From: Cellvibrionales bacterium
GTDB taxonomy: Bacteria; Pseudomonadota; Gammaproteobacteria; Pseudomonadales; UBA7434
Assembly (NCBI GenBank): GCA_041941365.1
Contig: JBGTQK010000002.1
Location: 158,419-222,418 of the forward strand
Length of the DNA stretch: 64,000 nucleotides
Direction: 5' to 3'
The first letter of the stretch is position 1, and each line of letters opens with the position of its first letter. The position numbers and the translations under genes are program-made. The notes beneath the pieces are model-generated. The model was not told the origin of the DNA. It saw only the letters and a list, made by a program, of their open reading frames with translations, and made no database searches. This document shows, piece by piece, positions 18,610-28,756 of the stretch.

Positions 18610-19433
18610 ATGAAGTACCCCCTATAATTTGTCCTTTCTGGCCGGCTCCAGATAATGTTTGTGCAGGTGTTAGTACAATTGAAGGCGGTGTTAGTAAAGG
18701 TAACTATACCTCATTTAACCTGGCTACTCATGTTGGTGATAGTATCGATAATGTTTATGAAAATAGAAGTCGTTTAAATCAAGCTGTTTCCACCTATTAT
18801 CGATTAAAAAACCCTAAGACTAACTGGAAATGGCTAACACAAACACATAGCTCAATCGTTTATGAAATAGGAAAAGAAAACAACCCAAACCATTTTCCTG
18901 AAGCAGACGCCAGCATCACTTCAGAAAAAGAACAGGTCTGCGTAATACTTACTGCTGACTGTCTGCCGATTTTACTTTGCGACTCAACTGGTCAACTCAT
19001 TGCTGCCATTCACGCGGGCTGGCGTGGCCTGGCTGATAATATAATAGAAAAAACTGCTGCTTCTCTCTTTCAAAGAAAAAAGGACGCTATTATTTTTGCA
19101 TGGCTTGGGCCAGCTATAGGACCTCAAAAATTTGAAGTAGGAGAAGATGTGTATTCAGTATTCTGTAGATCTGAAGAGAATAAATCTCCAGCAGATTCAA
19201 AAGTAAAAAAAGAAAAGCACGAGATGAAAAATGCTTTTATTAAATCAAAAAATGATATTAACAAGTATTATGCCGATATTTATCAAATTGCTACGCTAAA
19301 ACTAAACCATGCAGGCATTCATCATATTTATGGCGGAGGCTACTGCACACACACACAAAATCAATTGTTTTATTCTTATCGAAGACAAAAAATAACAGGA
19401 CGTTTTGCAAGCTTTATTTTTTTAAAACCCTGA
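18606..19433 (+). CDS. pgeF: YfiH/PgeF-family (peptidoglycan editing factor / purine nucleoside phosphorylase-like) protein
   Basis: The family's His/Cys/His pattern is present: THSSIVYEI, ADCLPILLCD, IAAIHAGWRG. The ATG at 18606 overlaps the pxpA stop (ATGA). Confidence 0.8.
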   Translation: MNEVPPIICPFWPAPDNVCAGVSTIEGGVSKGNYTSFNLATHVGDSIDNVYENRSRLNQAVSTYYRLKNPKTNWKWLTQTHSSIVYEIGKENNPNHFPEADASITSEKEQVCVILTADCLPILLCDSTGQLIAAIHAGWRGLADNIIEKTAASLFQRKKDAIIFAWLGPAIGPQKFEVGEDVYSVFCRSEENKSPADSKVKKEKHEMKNAFIKSKNDINKYYADIYQIATLKLNHAGIHHIYGGGYCTHTQNQLFYSYRRQKITGRFASFIFLKP

Positions 19434-19535
19434 ACTAGTTATAGACATTTTTCGTATTCACGATTAGACTCAAACGCTATCTGCAAGTAAGATAGCATCT
19501 ATCAAACCGTTTATTTTTTTGGGATTCTGACAATT

Positions 19536-20369
19536 ATGGATCGACAAACCATTCTTAATGAGATGAAAGTACAACCTCAAATTAAACCTGAATTTGAAGT
19601 ACAGAGAAGAATAGATTTCATCAAAAAAACCTTACAAAATGCAGGCCTGAAAACGCTTGTATTAGGAATCAGTGGTGGTGTTGATTCAGCAACCTGCGGC
19701 AGGTTGGCAAAACTTGCAGTTAAACAGCTAAATGAGGAACATCAGGATAATAATTATCGTTTTGTAGCCGTTCGTTTACCATATGATGTACAGAAAGATG
19801 AAGAAGATGCTCAATTGTCTATTGATTTTATTCAACCTTCTCACTGTATTACAACAAATGTAAAGCCGGGCGCTGATGCTATAAACAATACAACATGTGA
19901 AGCACTGAAAAAATTTGACTTACTTCCTAACGACCCAATAAAGTGTGATTTTGTAAAAGGAAATGTGAAAGCCCGAACTCGAATGGTACTTCAATATGAA
20001 ATCGCCGGTTTACTGGATGGACTTGTCATCGGAACTGATCATTCTGCTGAAAATGTGACGGGGTTTTACACAAAATGGGGCGACGGTGCTTGTGATCTTA
20101 TTCCTCTATTCGGTCTCAGTAAAAGACAGGTACGTCAAATTGGCAGTTTTCTGGGCGTACCAGAAAAAATCATTAACAAAACACCCACTGCCGATTTAGA
20201 AAGTCTTGACCCTCAAAAATCAGATGAAAAGGCGTTAGGACTGACTTATGATAATATCGATGATTTTCTGGAAGGAAAGCCTGTTGATGATTCTGTCACC
20301 GGAAAAATCATCAATATTTATCTTGCAACTCAACATAAACGTCAGCCAATCCCAACTATCTATGATTAA
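19536..20369 (+). CDS. nadE: NH3-dependent NAD+ synthetase
   Basis: 277 aa. PP-loop GISGGVDSA. Collinear with NadE. Confidence 0.92.
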   Translation: MDRQTILNEMKVQPQIKPEFEVQRRIDFIKKTLQNAGLKTLVLGISGGVDSATCGRLAKLAVKQLNEEHQDNNYRFVAVRLPYDVQKDEEDAQLSIDFIQPSHCITTNVKPGADAINNTTCEALKKFDLLPNDPIKCDFVKGNVKARTRMVLQYEIAGLLDGLVIGTDHSAENVTGFYTKWGDGACDLIPLFGLSKRQVRQIGSFLGVPEKIINKTPTADLESLDPQKSDEKALGLTYDNIDDFLEGKPVDDSVTGKIINIYLATQHKRQPIPTIYD

Positions 20370-20384
20370 TCGAAAACAAACAAC

Positions 20385-22064
20385 ATGGCCAATATAGATT
20401 CAGCCATACCATCTAAAAGCTTTTCTGATAGTCAACACTCGATTCTAACAGTATATATGCTATACCGTATAGGCATAGCAATCATATTTTGGGTTTTGTT
20501 TTTTACGGATACAGGCATTGGTTCAGATCGACCACTGTTCTTCAAGGGCGCCACTTTAATTTATTCAGCAATAAATATTTTGGTTTTATTTTTTATCTCA
20601 GTAAAAAAATGGAAGCCTAACACTTTTTATCTGCTGCTTATTATCGCTTCTGATTTATTTTTCATACAATACATTAGTGAAATTAGTGGTGATTTTGCTT
20701 CTGATTTTTCAGCAATCATTGTCGTTTCTGTTGCCGCAGGCACGATCTTTCTTTCAAAAAAATACTTCCTGCTAGTCCCTGCATTCTCAAGTATTCTATT
20801 GCTAATCTTTAGTATCAAAAACATCATCTACGATAATTCCGGGTTAAGCAGCATTGTCTCCACAGGCTGGTTGGGAATAATTCTTTTTACTGCAAGCGCT
20901 TTTATAAATTATCTTTCACAAAGAGTGAAAGCAAGTGAAGCAGAAATTTCTGAAAAGACAGAACACGCTGAATACTTGCAAGCTTTAAATCTTGAAATTA
21001 TTCAACGAATGCAAACAGGTATTCTTATAACAATAAAAAATGGCCAAATCATTACGATGAACAATTCTGCCAAAAATCTTCTTAATATTAATGCAGGGGA
21101 AAACACTTACAGCCTGGAAGATATATCTTCTGAAGCCATGAATCAACACCAAATAATATTTAGTGAAAAAAACAAAGACGCTATTAAAAAAACATCGCTT
21201 GATATTGAACACGAAGGTAAAAAAATTCGCTTAACATGGTCTAAATTAAGTGAGAATATCCATTCAGAAGCACTTATATTTTTAGAAGACCTTTCAAAAA
21301 TAGCCCAGGAAGCCCAGCAATTAAAATTATCATCTTTGGGAAAACTGGCTGCAAGTATAGCTCATGAAATACGCAACCCTATAGGTGCAGCCAGCCATGC
21401 GGCACAGCTACTTCAGGAAACAGCTACAACTGAAGAAGATAAGAAATTAAGTCAGATAATTGTTGACCAGGCTAAACGATGCTCAAACATTATTAATGAT
21501 GTAATGAATATTTCCCGCGGTAATCCGGCCAACATTAAAACCTTTGAATTAAATACATGGCTTAAAGAATTTATTCGTGATTACCAGTCTCTAAACAAGT
21601 CCAGCATCCACCTTATTTCAGAATCTAACGTTAAGGTAAAGTTTGACACCAATCATCTCCAACAGATTTTAACTAACCTACTTGATAATGCTATCCGATA
21701 TAGCCACATGCAAATAAAAACAAATGAGGCTTATATCTATCTCCACACAGATGGCGACAATAAAGTTATTCTAGATATTATTGACCCTGGGAAGGGTGTA
21801 GAAAAAAACTTAATCCCTCAACTTTTTGAGCCCTTTATGACAACCGAACAACAAGGCACAGGATTAGGATTATATATGTGTCGAGAGTTGTGTATAGCAA
21901 ATCAAGCCTCAATCTATTATATAGAATCAAACACTCTTCACTCTGAAATAAACAACCTTGAAATTGAAAACGAACTTGCAAATAAGTTATTATCAAGTAG
22001 TCACAGCTTTAGAATACAATTTCCTCATATTTCGAGAAGCACCATCTCGGAAAAATCTGATTAA
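20385..22064 (+). CDS. pilS: sensor histidine kinase PilS
   Basis: 559 aa. Multi-TM N-terminus, H-box SIAHEIRNPIGA, N-box LLDNAIRY, G-boxes DPGKGV and GTGLGL. Lies immediately upstream of pilR and next to the pilin genes. Confidence 0.8.
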   Translation: MANIDSAIPSKSFSDSQHSILTVYMLYRIGIAIIFWVLFFTDTGIGSDRPLFFKGATLIYSAINILVLFFISVKKWKPNTFYLLLIIASDLFFIQYISEISGDFASDFSAIIVVSVAAGTIFLSKKYFLLVPAFSSILLLIFSIKNIIYDNSGLSSIVSTGWLGIILFTASAFINYLSQRVKASEAEISEKTEHAEYLQALNLEIIQRMQTGILITIKNGQIITMNNSAKNLLNINAGENTYSLEDISSEAMNQHQIIFSEKNKDAIKKTSLDIEHEGKKIRLTWSKLSENIHSEALIFLEDLSKIAQEAQQLKLSSLGKLAASIAHEIRNPIGAASHAAQLLQETATTEEDKKLSQIIVDQAKRCSNIINDVMNISRGNPANIKTFELNTWLKEFIRDYQSLNKSSIHLISESNVKVKFDTNHLQQILTNLLDNAIRYSHMQIKTNEAYIYLHTDGDNKVILDIIDPGKGVEKNLIPQLFEPFMTTEQQGTGLGLYMCRELCIANQASIYYIESNTLHSEINNLEIENELANKLLSSSHSFRIQFPHISRSTISEKSD

Positions 22065-22091
22065 TAAATAACGAAAATCTACTTTTATATT

Positions 22092-23486
22092 ATGAATAAC
22101 AAACGAGTCCTTATAGTAGATGATGAACCTGATATATGCTCTCTTGTAGAGCTAACGTTAAAACGTATGGGTATAAACAGCAACTCATCGCCCTCACTGA
22201 CTGATGCAATTACCCTGCTAAAAAACAACCGATACGATTTCTGCTTAACTGATATGCGCCTACCCGATGGCGATGGGCTTGACCTGATTTCTCATATCGT
22301 GAAGTATTATCCGAATACACCAGTAGCAATGATCAGCGCACATGGCAATATGGATACTGCAATTGAGGCACTAAAAAGAGGGGCATTTGATTTTTTAAGC
22401 AAGCCTATTGAAATTAATGAATTGAAAGCACTGATTCTCTCAGGTATTGAATTGAACAAAACTGAATTCAGCCCTTCCACTTCTGTAGCCGAAAATGAAT
22501 TTATCGGCTCTTCTGACTCTGCAAAAAAACTACATGAAACCATTCTTCAAGTTTCCAGATCTCAAGCACCTGTTTATATATTTGGAGAATCAGGTTCTGG
22601 TAAAGAGCTATGCGCAAGAATAATTCATCAAAAAAGCAGCCGTAGCTCCGGACCATTTATTACAGTCAATTGCGGAGCAATTCCATCAGAACTTGTAGAA
22701 AGCGAATTTTTTGGGCATAAAAAAGGTAGCTTTACAGGCGCTCATGCTGATAAGGATGGCCTATTTATCTCTGCTCATAAAGGTACTTTATTTCTTGACG
22801 AAATTGCTGATCTCCCTCTCAGCATGCAGGTAAAATTACTAAGAGCAATACAGGAAAAATCTGTTAGACCTGTTGGAGGGAATGAAGAAATTAAATTTGA
22901 TGTAAGAATTTTAAGTGCATCGCATAAAAATCTGGCCAAACTTGTAGAGCAAGGTGTTTTCAGAAATGATTTATATTATCGAATAAATGTCATAGAAATC
23001 GTTGTTCCCTCATTGCGAGAAAGAATCGATGATATTGAACATATAGCTAATCGTATACTTGATAAAATTGCTGAAGAACAGCAAAGACCAAAACTTTCCA
23101 TTAGTGAAGCAGCAATTGAAAAGCTTAAAACTCACCACTTTCCTGGAAACATTCGAGAATTGGAAAATTCATTACAACGAGCATCTACTTTTTGTTCTAA
23201 TTCAACAATTACTGAAAATGAACTAGAGTTTCAAGTTATAGATACTCCCCCACCCTTCAATGCACTAACTGAATCAAACTTAAAAAATAATGAGCCTGAG
23301 CATCCAACATTTTCACAAAGACAACCAGATCAATCGTTAGATGACTATCTACAAGCTATTGAAAAAAGCGAGATTATTAATGCTCTTGAAAAATGTCGAT
23401 GGAATAAGACTGAAGCAGCAAAATATCTTGGTATGAGTTTTCGCTCATTTCGTTATCGATTATCAAAGCTTGATCTGGATGAATAA
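22092..23486 (+). CDS. pilR: sigma-54-dependent response regulator PilR
   Basis: 464 aa. Receiver domain, AAA+ motifs GESGSGKE, ESEFFGH and GSFTGA, and a Fis-type HTH (NKTEAAKYLGMSFRSFRYRL). Confidence 0.88.
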   Translation: MNNKRVLIVDDEPDICSLVELTLKRMGINSNSSPSLTDAITLLKNNRYDFCLTDMRLPDGDGLDLISHIVKYYPNTPVAMISAHGNMDTAIEALKRGAFDFLSKPIEINELKALILSGIELNKTEFSPSTSVAENEFIGSSDSAKKLHETILQVSRSQAPVYIFGESGSGKELCARIIHQKSSRSSGPFITVNCGAIPSELVESEFFGHKKGSFTGAHADKDGLFISAHKGTLFLDEIADLPLSMQVKLLRAIQEKSVRPVGGNEEIKFDVRILSASHKNLAKLVEQGVFRNDLYYRINVIEIVVPSLRERIDDIEHIANRILDKIAEEQQRPKLSISEAAIEKLKTHHFPGNIRELENSLQRASTFCSNSTITENELEFQVIDTPPPFNALTESNLKNNEPEHPTFSQRQPDQSLDDYLQAIEKSEIINALEKCRWNKTEAAKYLGMSFRSFRYRLSKLDLDE

Positions 23487-23550
23487 CTGGACAACTTGAA
23501 GATTACTGTTACAATCCCGGCTTTCTCATCGCCCATCAACAATAACTAAT

Positions 23551-23573
23551 AGCTATATTAAATAGCTTTTTTA
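23551..23573 (+). terminator. candidate intrinsic terminator after pilR
   Basis: agctat-attaa-atagct hairpin followed by TTTTT. The stem is short and AT-rich. Confidence 0.35.
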
Positions 23574-23639
23574 TTGCAAAGAGAAAAGTTAATTAGCACA
23601 GAAATGGATTTCCCAATAAAGCACAAGGAGTGTGTCATT

Positions 23640-24221
23640 ATGAAAAACCAATTAACCGATCAGCCATTCAAATTATTCCAGGGTTTTAGCCTATTGGAAC
23701 TGTTAGTTATCCTGGCAATCATTGCTATTCTTGCAAGTATAGCCCCTGCAAGTTTTAGTCATCTTATTAAACATACTCAATCAGACCTGATACAGGATAG
23801 GCTCAGTCGATCAATAAACAATACTCGTATCTCTGCAATTACCAAAAATACTATTGTTGTTTTATGCCCCTATGGTATTACAGGTTGTGAAAACAACTGG
23901 ATGAACGGCGCTATGATTATGACTGATAAAAATAACAACAGAGAATTAGACCCCGAGGATGTTCTTCTTGAAAAAATCGATTTCCCGGCAAACAAAACTA
24001 TGGAAATCACCTGGAGAGCTTCTGGCGGGAGAAATTTTTTAAGATTTTCTCCCACTGGAATAACCAGAGAATTTGGTCGTTTTATTATTTGTAGTAAGCA
24101 AAAACAGCCAGACCTTGCCAGAGGAATTGTGATTAACAGACAGGGTCGAGTCAGATTTTATAAGGATTACAATAAAGATGGCATCGTTGAAGACAAAGAT
24201 GGCACTGAAGCTAATTGTTAG
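23640..24221 (+). CDS. fimT: type IV minor pilin, GspH/FimT family
   Basis: Prepilin leader ...FQG|FSLLELLVILAIIAILASIA. AAGGAG lies 9 nt upstream of the ATG at 23640, whereas the track ORF starts at a TTG at 23574. Position after pilR matches Pseudomonas. Confidence 0.7.
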   Translation: MKNQLTDQPFKLFQGFSLLELLVILAIIAILASIAPASFSHLIKHTQSDLIQDRLSRSINNTRISAITKNTIVVLCPYGITGCENNWMNGAMIMTDKNNNRELDPEDVLLEKIDFPANKTMEITWRASGGRNFLRFSPTGITREFGRFIICSKQKQPDLARGIVINRQGRVRFYKDYNKDGIVEDKDGTEANC

Positions 24222-24227
24222 ATAGCG

Positions 24228-24608
24228 CTAACCCCAACAGTTTGCAACTGTGCCATTCTGAGCTGTTTTAATACCCGCTTGATTTAGCGTTAAATTACCG
24301 CAACCATCATTAGCCTGATCTCCCTGAGGCGCACAAGTAATGGTAAAGGTGGTTGCTGTTGGCTCAGGCATTGTAATATTGTAATAATCTGTGCTTGATT
24401 GAAAAGTCGTTCCGGCTGCTGCACCAACATAGGTGTAGTTTTTAGAATAATGTCGTTCCATCTGTTGACGTGCCGTCATTAATACAGAAGCACATTCAGC
24501 ACGACGAGCATCTCTGGTTTGACTTTGATAGGAAGGCAAAGCAATTGCCGCTACAATAGCAATGATAGCAACAACAATCATTACTTCTATTAAGGTAAAT
24601 CCGCGCAT
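24228..24608 (-). CDS. pilE: type IV pilin-like protein PilE
   Basis: 126 aa. MRG|[25 protein letters not shown], with a C-terminal disulfide pair C...C-W-G. It is the last gene of the minor-pilin operon. Confidence 0.8.
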   Translation of the reverse strand: MRGFTLIEVMIVVAIIAIVAAIALPSYQSQTRDARRAECASVLMTARQQMERHYSKNYTYVGAAAGTTFQSSTDYYNITMPEPTATTFTITCAPQGDQANDGCGNLTLNQAGIKTAQNGTVANCWG

Positions 24609-24644
24609 TTTTTCTCCACCTGTAAAAACATTTTTAAATCTGGT

Positions 24645-24986
24645 TTATCTATAAAACTTTTCATAGATCAATTTTCTTAATTCATCACTTGCTTTTGACT
24701 TAAAGAAAATCTTTTTTATAACAGCATTATCTCGATCGGCAATGACCTCAATATTATCACCCATATCCAGATTTGCTGGTGTTCCCTGCTGGCCAGAACC
24801 CATATAAATCTTGATATCGTAAGCCATTCTATATTCTTTGGTTGGCTCTCCCATGCCTGCTGTTAGTATAGTATTGTTAGCAGTATCTACTTTAAGAATC
24901 ACTAACTCATACTCATCAAATGATGCATTTGCTTTAAAGCTTAAAAAAGATAGGATAAGCGCAAAAATAAACATCGTCTTTTTCAT
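24645..24986 (-). CDS. small secreted protein in the PilY2 position (hypothetical)
   Basis: MKKTMFIFALILSFLSFKANA|SF signal peptide. Lies between pilY1 and pilE. Assigned by position only. The start was moved to the ATG at 24986. Confidence 0.4.
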   Translation of the reverse strand: MKKTMFIFALILSFLSFKANASFDEYELVILKVDTANNTILTAGMGEPTKEYRMAYDIKIYMGSGQQGTPANLDMGDNIEVIADRDNAVIKKIFFKSKASDELRKLIYEKFYR

Positions 24987-25066
24987 AACATGCAATCTCA
25001 TTGGTTGTCTATTCATATCGTACCTTTTAATCTCTATCAATAAGTTTTACTCAAAATATCATTGAA

Positions 25067-28000
25067 TCATTTTATCTGGCGCCATCTTACTCTACCAATA
25101 GTTGGCGATGTGGATACCTGCGTATTGTCTTTTGCAGTAAGCACAACTGCTTCAAATTTATCTGGAGCACCGGAAGCAGCCAAAATTGGCTGGTTATTTT
25201 CCCCCGTTGACAGCCTGGAATCACTCGAATCTCCACCAGACCCCTCTGTTATCACACCGTCCCCATTGGTATCAAAAATAGGCCGACCGACTGCGCCGCA
25301 AGTATAACGGTTCATGGCATAAATATGGCCTTCTACCTCAGAGTCGCAGGAACTTGATTCAGGGCTTATTGTAGGAAATAGAACTAAAGCATCTACAACA
25401 ACACTGCTATTTACAACTCTTTCAGATATTTGGGTAGTACCACTTCCACTAACACCTGGCTCAAGGTTTATCTTACAACCATCTCCATCAGCAGGAACTG
25501 GATTGGCAGATAATGTATTATCTCCCTGTAAAGTTTGCTCTACCAGATCATTATCATCGATACAGGCAGTTGTTAATGAAGTGCACTCATCTCTATCAAC
25601 AATGGCATAAAATGCCTGTTGATCTATCGACGATAAATCACTTTGGCTCATATAACTTCCTGTACCAAAATAGACTATTCTGGATTCACGGCTACCATCA
25701 GGCCCTACAGTTGGAAAAGAACCCACTGAAGGTCTGCTTGAAATCGGTTGTTCCCCAGGGGTTTCAAACATTTTTATTGCTTTCCAGTCGCCTTTGCTTT
25801 TACTGGATAGATCAAATTTCCACAGATTACCCTGCAAATCACCAGCATAAACATAATCTGCTGTCCATCTATCGTTATCCGTACTTGAGCCTTCTTTTGT
25901 GCTGAAATTGTTCACATCAATATCTGACACAGCAATCGGAGCCCCTAAGCCATTTGGTTTGCTGGTATCACCTGGCAAGGTTATCTTTTTAAGTACATTA
26001 CCATTATTAGCCGCTAACACATAGAGCACAGCTTCTCCTGTTCCCTGATGCCCATCAGCCTCATTGGAATTATAGCCATTGGCCAATAGTACAACCCATC
26101 GACCATTTGTACCCAGATTGGATTTAACAATAACAGGTTTACCAAATGTATACCCCATATCTGCATCATCTTCATCACTAAACTCCCATATCACAGATGC
26201 AGCTGCGTTATTCTCGGTAACATTCTGAGGGCTGGTGATATCCAGCGCATAGTAGCCCTGCCCACCAGTACGCAAACCACCCACTAACATCGTTCTCCAT
26301 TGGCCACTAAAGTAAGCATCCTGTGTATCAATAAATCCGTCAACAAATGGATAATAAGAAAAACTTGGGTCAGTAAATTTATGCAGATTTTCAAAAACCT
26401 CGTAAGGAACATAAGCAAATTGTTCTTGGCCAGTTTCCGCATCATAAGCATGCAACATTCCATCATTAGCACCTACATATAACATAGGGTCTCGCGATGG
26501 TATCGTATAGGCCTTGCTTTCCAGATCATCAGGAAAACGGTATCTGAGTCCATCGCCAACAAAAGAAGGGTTAGAGTGAACAATTGCTCCAACTCTGGTT
26601 ACAGATTTCTCGTCGTAAGGTAATCTTGTCCTAAATGTTCCTCCATTCTCTATCTCATTTGATGCATCACCTCGAATATAATCCAATCTGCTTTCTCCTA
26701 TGGCCGCACTATCACCATTACGAAGATACACTTGGTGTGTCGTCGTATTCAGATCAGCCCATCTGAATTTAATACCGTCACCACGATCATTACCTTTGTT
26801 ACCAGAACCTATTCTGTTAAAAGTTAAAATCTCTCTGGAATCGGGGCTGAGGTCAGAGGGTTCATTTTCTTTATAGGCATTCCATTCTGGCGTCGCCGAA
26901 CATTTGCTGCCAATTGATTTTGCATCACAATCATTTGAATCGGCATCCGGATCGTCCACTTTCGAACCGTCGGAAACTTCAAAAGCCTCTATATCACCAG
27001 TCCAGGTTTTTGGATCAAATTTAGCAAGAAAAAGTTTACTACCCGATTCTAATAAAGTACCAGAAATGCCCACCGCTTCGTTAGTACCAGTATTGGAAGG
27101 GATACTGCTAATCATTGCTTCAACAGCGTCAACCAATTCGTTAGAGTCTGTCGCAGACAAAAATCTTCCTCGTCCATTTATTGCCGAATGCCATAAATCG
27201 TCAATTGTCGTCGCATTACTAGTGAACGTTGTAGGCCACTGTATAGTGCCATCTAACAAACCTTGATAAGTTGCGTCGTCCTGCTCAAGTGTACCTTCTG
27301 CACCAAATGAAATAGCATATGAACGCATATGCTGCCAAGTTGCAGGATCTACCTCTGGATTAAAGAAATCATCTTGCGCGCTTTCAGGATAAGGGTTCAC
27401 AGGGTCGTCAGATGAATGTAGATCCGTTGCCCAGTAATGGAAAGTCAAATCTGAAAGGGATTGCGTGTCAGAGGCATTTGGAAAAATAGGATTTTGAGCT
27501 GTATTGTAAACCGTATCATCTGGTAGTGTGACACCGTCTTCATCTGGCTGATAGTTTGAAGGTTGAGTAAACGATCCATTATAAAAACCATCAGTAATTA
27601 ATAAGTGAATATTGCTTCTACAACCCAATATATCTCCTGTTTCATCTTCAGGGTTTTCATAATAGGGGTTATCAGTTTTAAAAAACTCCCCTGCTGAATA
27701 AACAGATCGTCTTAATGGCGTACTTCCATTTGTAGGAATTGAACGCACCCAATCATACAGATTTTCTCGCTCAGTAGTGTCTAACGTTGAAAGCCTGTTT
27801 TGTAATGAAGAGGATACAGGCCCTGATTCGATTATATTTTCATTAATTCGCGCACGCGCTACCCGCAATGTCGGATCAGCATTTTCCAACCCTAATAAGA
27901 GAGCAGATTTATTGGCATCCATACGCGTCGCATAGTATTGAAACCAGTTCGCAAAGTTGGTTTGCTCACTTGCAGACTGGCTAGTCACTTCCACACGCGT

Positions 28001-28687
28001 ATAACAACTTTCTGCTTCTGCATGAGTAGGATTATCCTCATTACAACCTGTTCCTGAATTAAACTGGTAATAAAAAGCAGGGTTCCCGACAAGTTGAAAT
28101 CCCAGAAAAACAGGAACATCAAAACAAAAGAAAATGCCACATATTGTGATTGTATCCCACACAGGTTGATACGAGCCACAGAGCTCAGCCCTGTTGCAGG
28201 GATCAAAAAAACTAATATCTACATCGACCATTACTATGTCGTCAGAGCCTGATAAATTATATCTATGTCTCCATACTGCAAAAAAGTCGTCACTCAAATC
28301 AAAAGTGCGTTGATCACTAGGGCTCTTAGCGTAATACCCTCTAATTGCGGCATTAAATTGAGCATCCCCCTCAGAAATACCTAAATGATCAATGGGGGGC
28401 TTATATGTTGTCGTTGGGTCATAATACATTTTGTTATAATGTGACGAAAAATAATAAACCTCATTCCTATCATTTGTCCCGACATTATCGGAATTACCAA
28501 GCGACATACTGCCCGAATCATCCATTGTCAATATAAGATTTGAAGGCTCTTCTCTAGAACCAATTAGCGGCAAATCAAATAGATTCAGGGTAGTTTGGGA
28601 GAAAACCATTTCTATATGAAAAACCATAAACAGTAATGAGTACTTCATCAGTGAAGAGAACGTTTTTTTAACCTTTGCAGTTTTCAT
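25067..28687 (-). CDS. pilY1: type IV pilus tip adhesin / biogenesis factor PilY1
   Basis: About 1200 aa. N-terminal vWA-like region with MIDAS-type DDSGS (nt 28508..28522) and NFANWFQYYATR. YIRGD motif. C-terminal PilY1 propeller region with the EF-hand-like loop DTNGDGVITE (nt 25244..25273). The start is uncertain: the ATGs at 28687 and 28648, the repeat-borne ATGs, or the track TTG at 28750. Confidence 0.85.
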   Translation of the reverse strand: MKTAKVKKTFSSLMKYSLLFMVFHIEMVFSQTTLNLFDLPLIGSREEPSNLILTMDDSGSMSLGNSDNVGTNDRNEVYYFSSHYNKMYYDPTTTYKPPIDHLGISEGDAQFNAAIRGYYAKSPSDQRTFDLSDDFFAVWRHRYNLSGSDDIVMVDVDISFFDPCNRAELCGSYQPVWDTITICGIFFCFDVPVFLGFQLVGNPAFYYQFNSGTGCNEDNPTHAEAESCYTRVEVTSQSASEQTNFANWFQYYATRMDANKSALLLGLENADPTLRVARARINENIIESGPVSSSLQNRLSTLDTTERENLYDWVRSIPTNGSTPLRRSVYSAGEFFKTDNPYYENPEDETGDILGCRSNIHLLITDGFYNGSFTQPSNYQPDEDGVTLPDDTVYNTAQNPIFPNASDTQSLSDLTFHYWATDLHSSDDPVNPYPESAQDDFFNPEVDPATWQHMRSYAISFGAEGTLEQDDATYQGLLDGTIQWPTTFTSNATTIDDLWHSAINGRGRFLSATDSNELVDAVEAMISSIPSNTGTNEAVGISGTLLESGSKLFLAKFDPKTWTGDIEAFEVSDGSKVDDPDADSNDCDAKSIGSKCSATPEWNAYKENEPSDLSPDSREILTFNRIGSGNKGNDRGDGIKFRWADLNTTTHQVYLRNGDSAAIGESRLDYIRGDASNEIENGGTFRTRLPYDEKSVTRVGAIVHSNPSFVGDGLRYRFPDDLESKAYTIPSRDPMLYVGANDGMLHAYDAETGQEQFAYVPYEVFENLHKFTDPSFSYYPFVDGFIDTQDAYFSGQWRTMLVGGLRTGGQGYYALDITSPQNVTENNAAASVIWEFSDEDDADMGYTFGKPVIVKSNLGTNGRWVVLLANGYNSNEADGHQGTGEAVLYVLAANNGNVLKKITLPGDTSKPNGLGAPIAVSDIDVNNFSTKEGSSTDNDRWTADYVYAGDLQGNLWKFDLSSKSKGDWKAIKMFETPGEQPISSRPSVGSFPTVGPDGSRESRIVYFGTGSYMSQSDLSSIDQQAFYAIVDRDECTSLTTACIDDNDLVEQTLQGDNTLSANPVPADGDGCKINLEPGVSGSGTTQISERVVNSSVVVDALVLFPTISPESSSCDSEVEGHIYAMNRYTCGAVGRPIFDTNGDGVITEGSGGDSSDSRLSTGENNQPILAASGAPDKFEAVVLTAKDNTQVSTSPTIGRVRWRQIK

Positions 28688-28697
28688 ATCATATAAT

Positions 28698-28733
28698 CTC
28701 ATCAAAATGCTCATCAAAATGCTCATCAAAATT
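28698..28733 (-). repeat. 12-bp tandem repeat x3 at the pilX-pilY1 junction
   Basis: Plus strand reads ctcatcaaaatg ctcatcaaaatg ctcatcaaaatt. On the coding strand each unit carries an in-frame ATG and encodes ILMSILMSILM in the long ORF. Confidence 0.9.
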
Positions 28734-28756
28734 AAATTCACTAAACGCAACTATCG

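Noticed and set aside
25513-27266. Plus-strand ORFs of 120-130 aa (25513..25905 and 26904..27266) inside pilY1
   Set aside because: They are antisense shadow ORFs of a long, well-supported minus-strand gene. Their composition is low-complexity and Ser/Leu-rich, and they have no RBS or recognisable motifs.
28698-28733. Tandem repeat considered as a CRISPR or minisatellite array
   Set aside because: It has only three directly abutting 12-bp units with no spacers, and there are no cas genes. It is a simple tandem repeat at a gene start.
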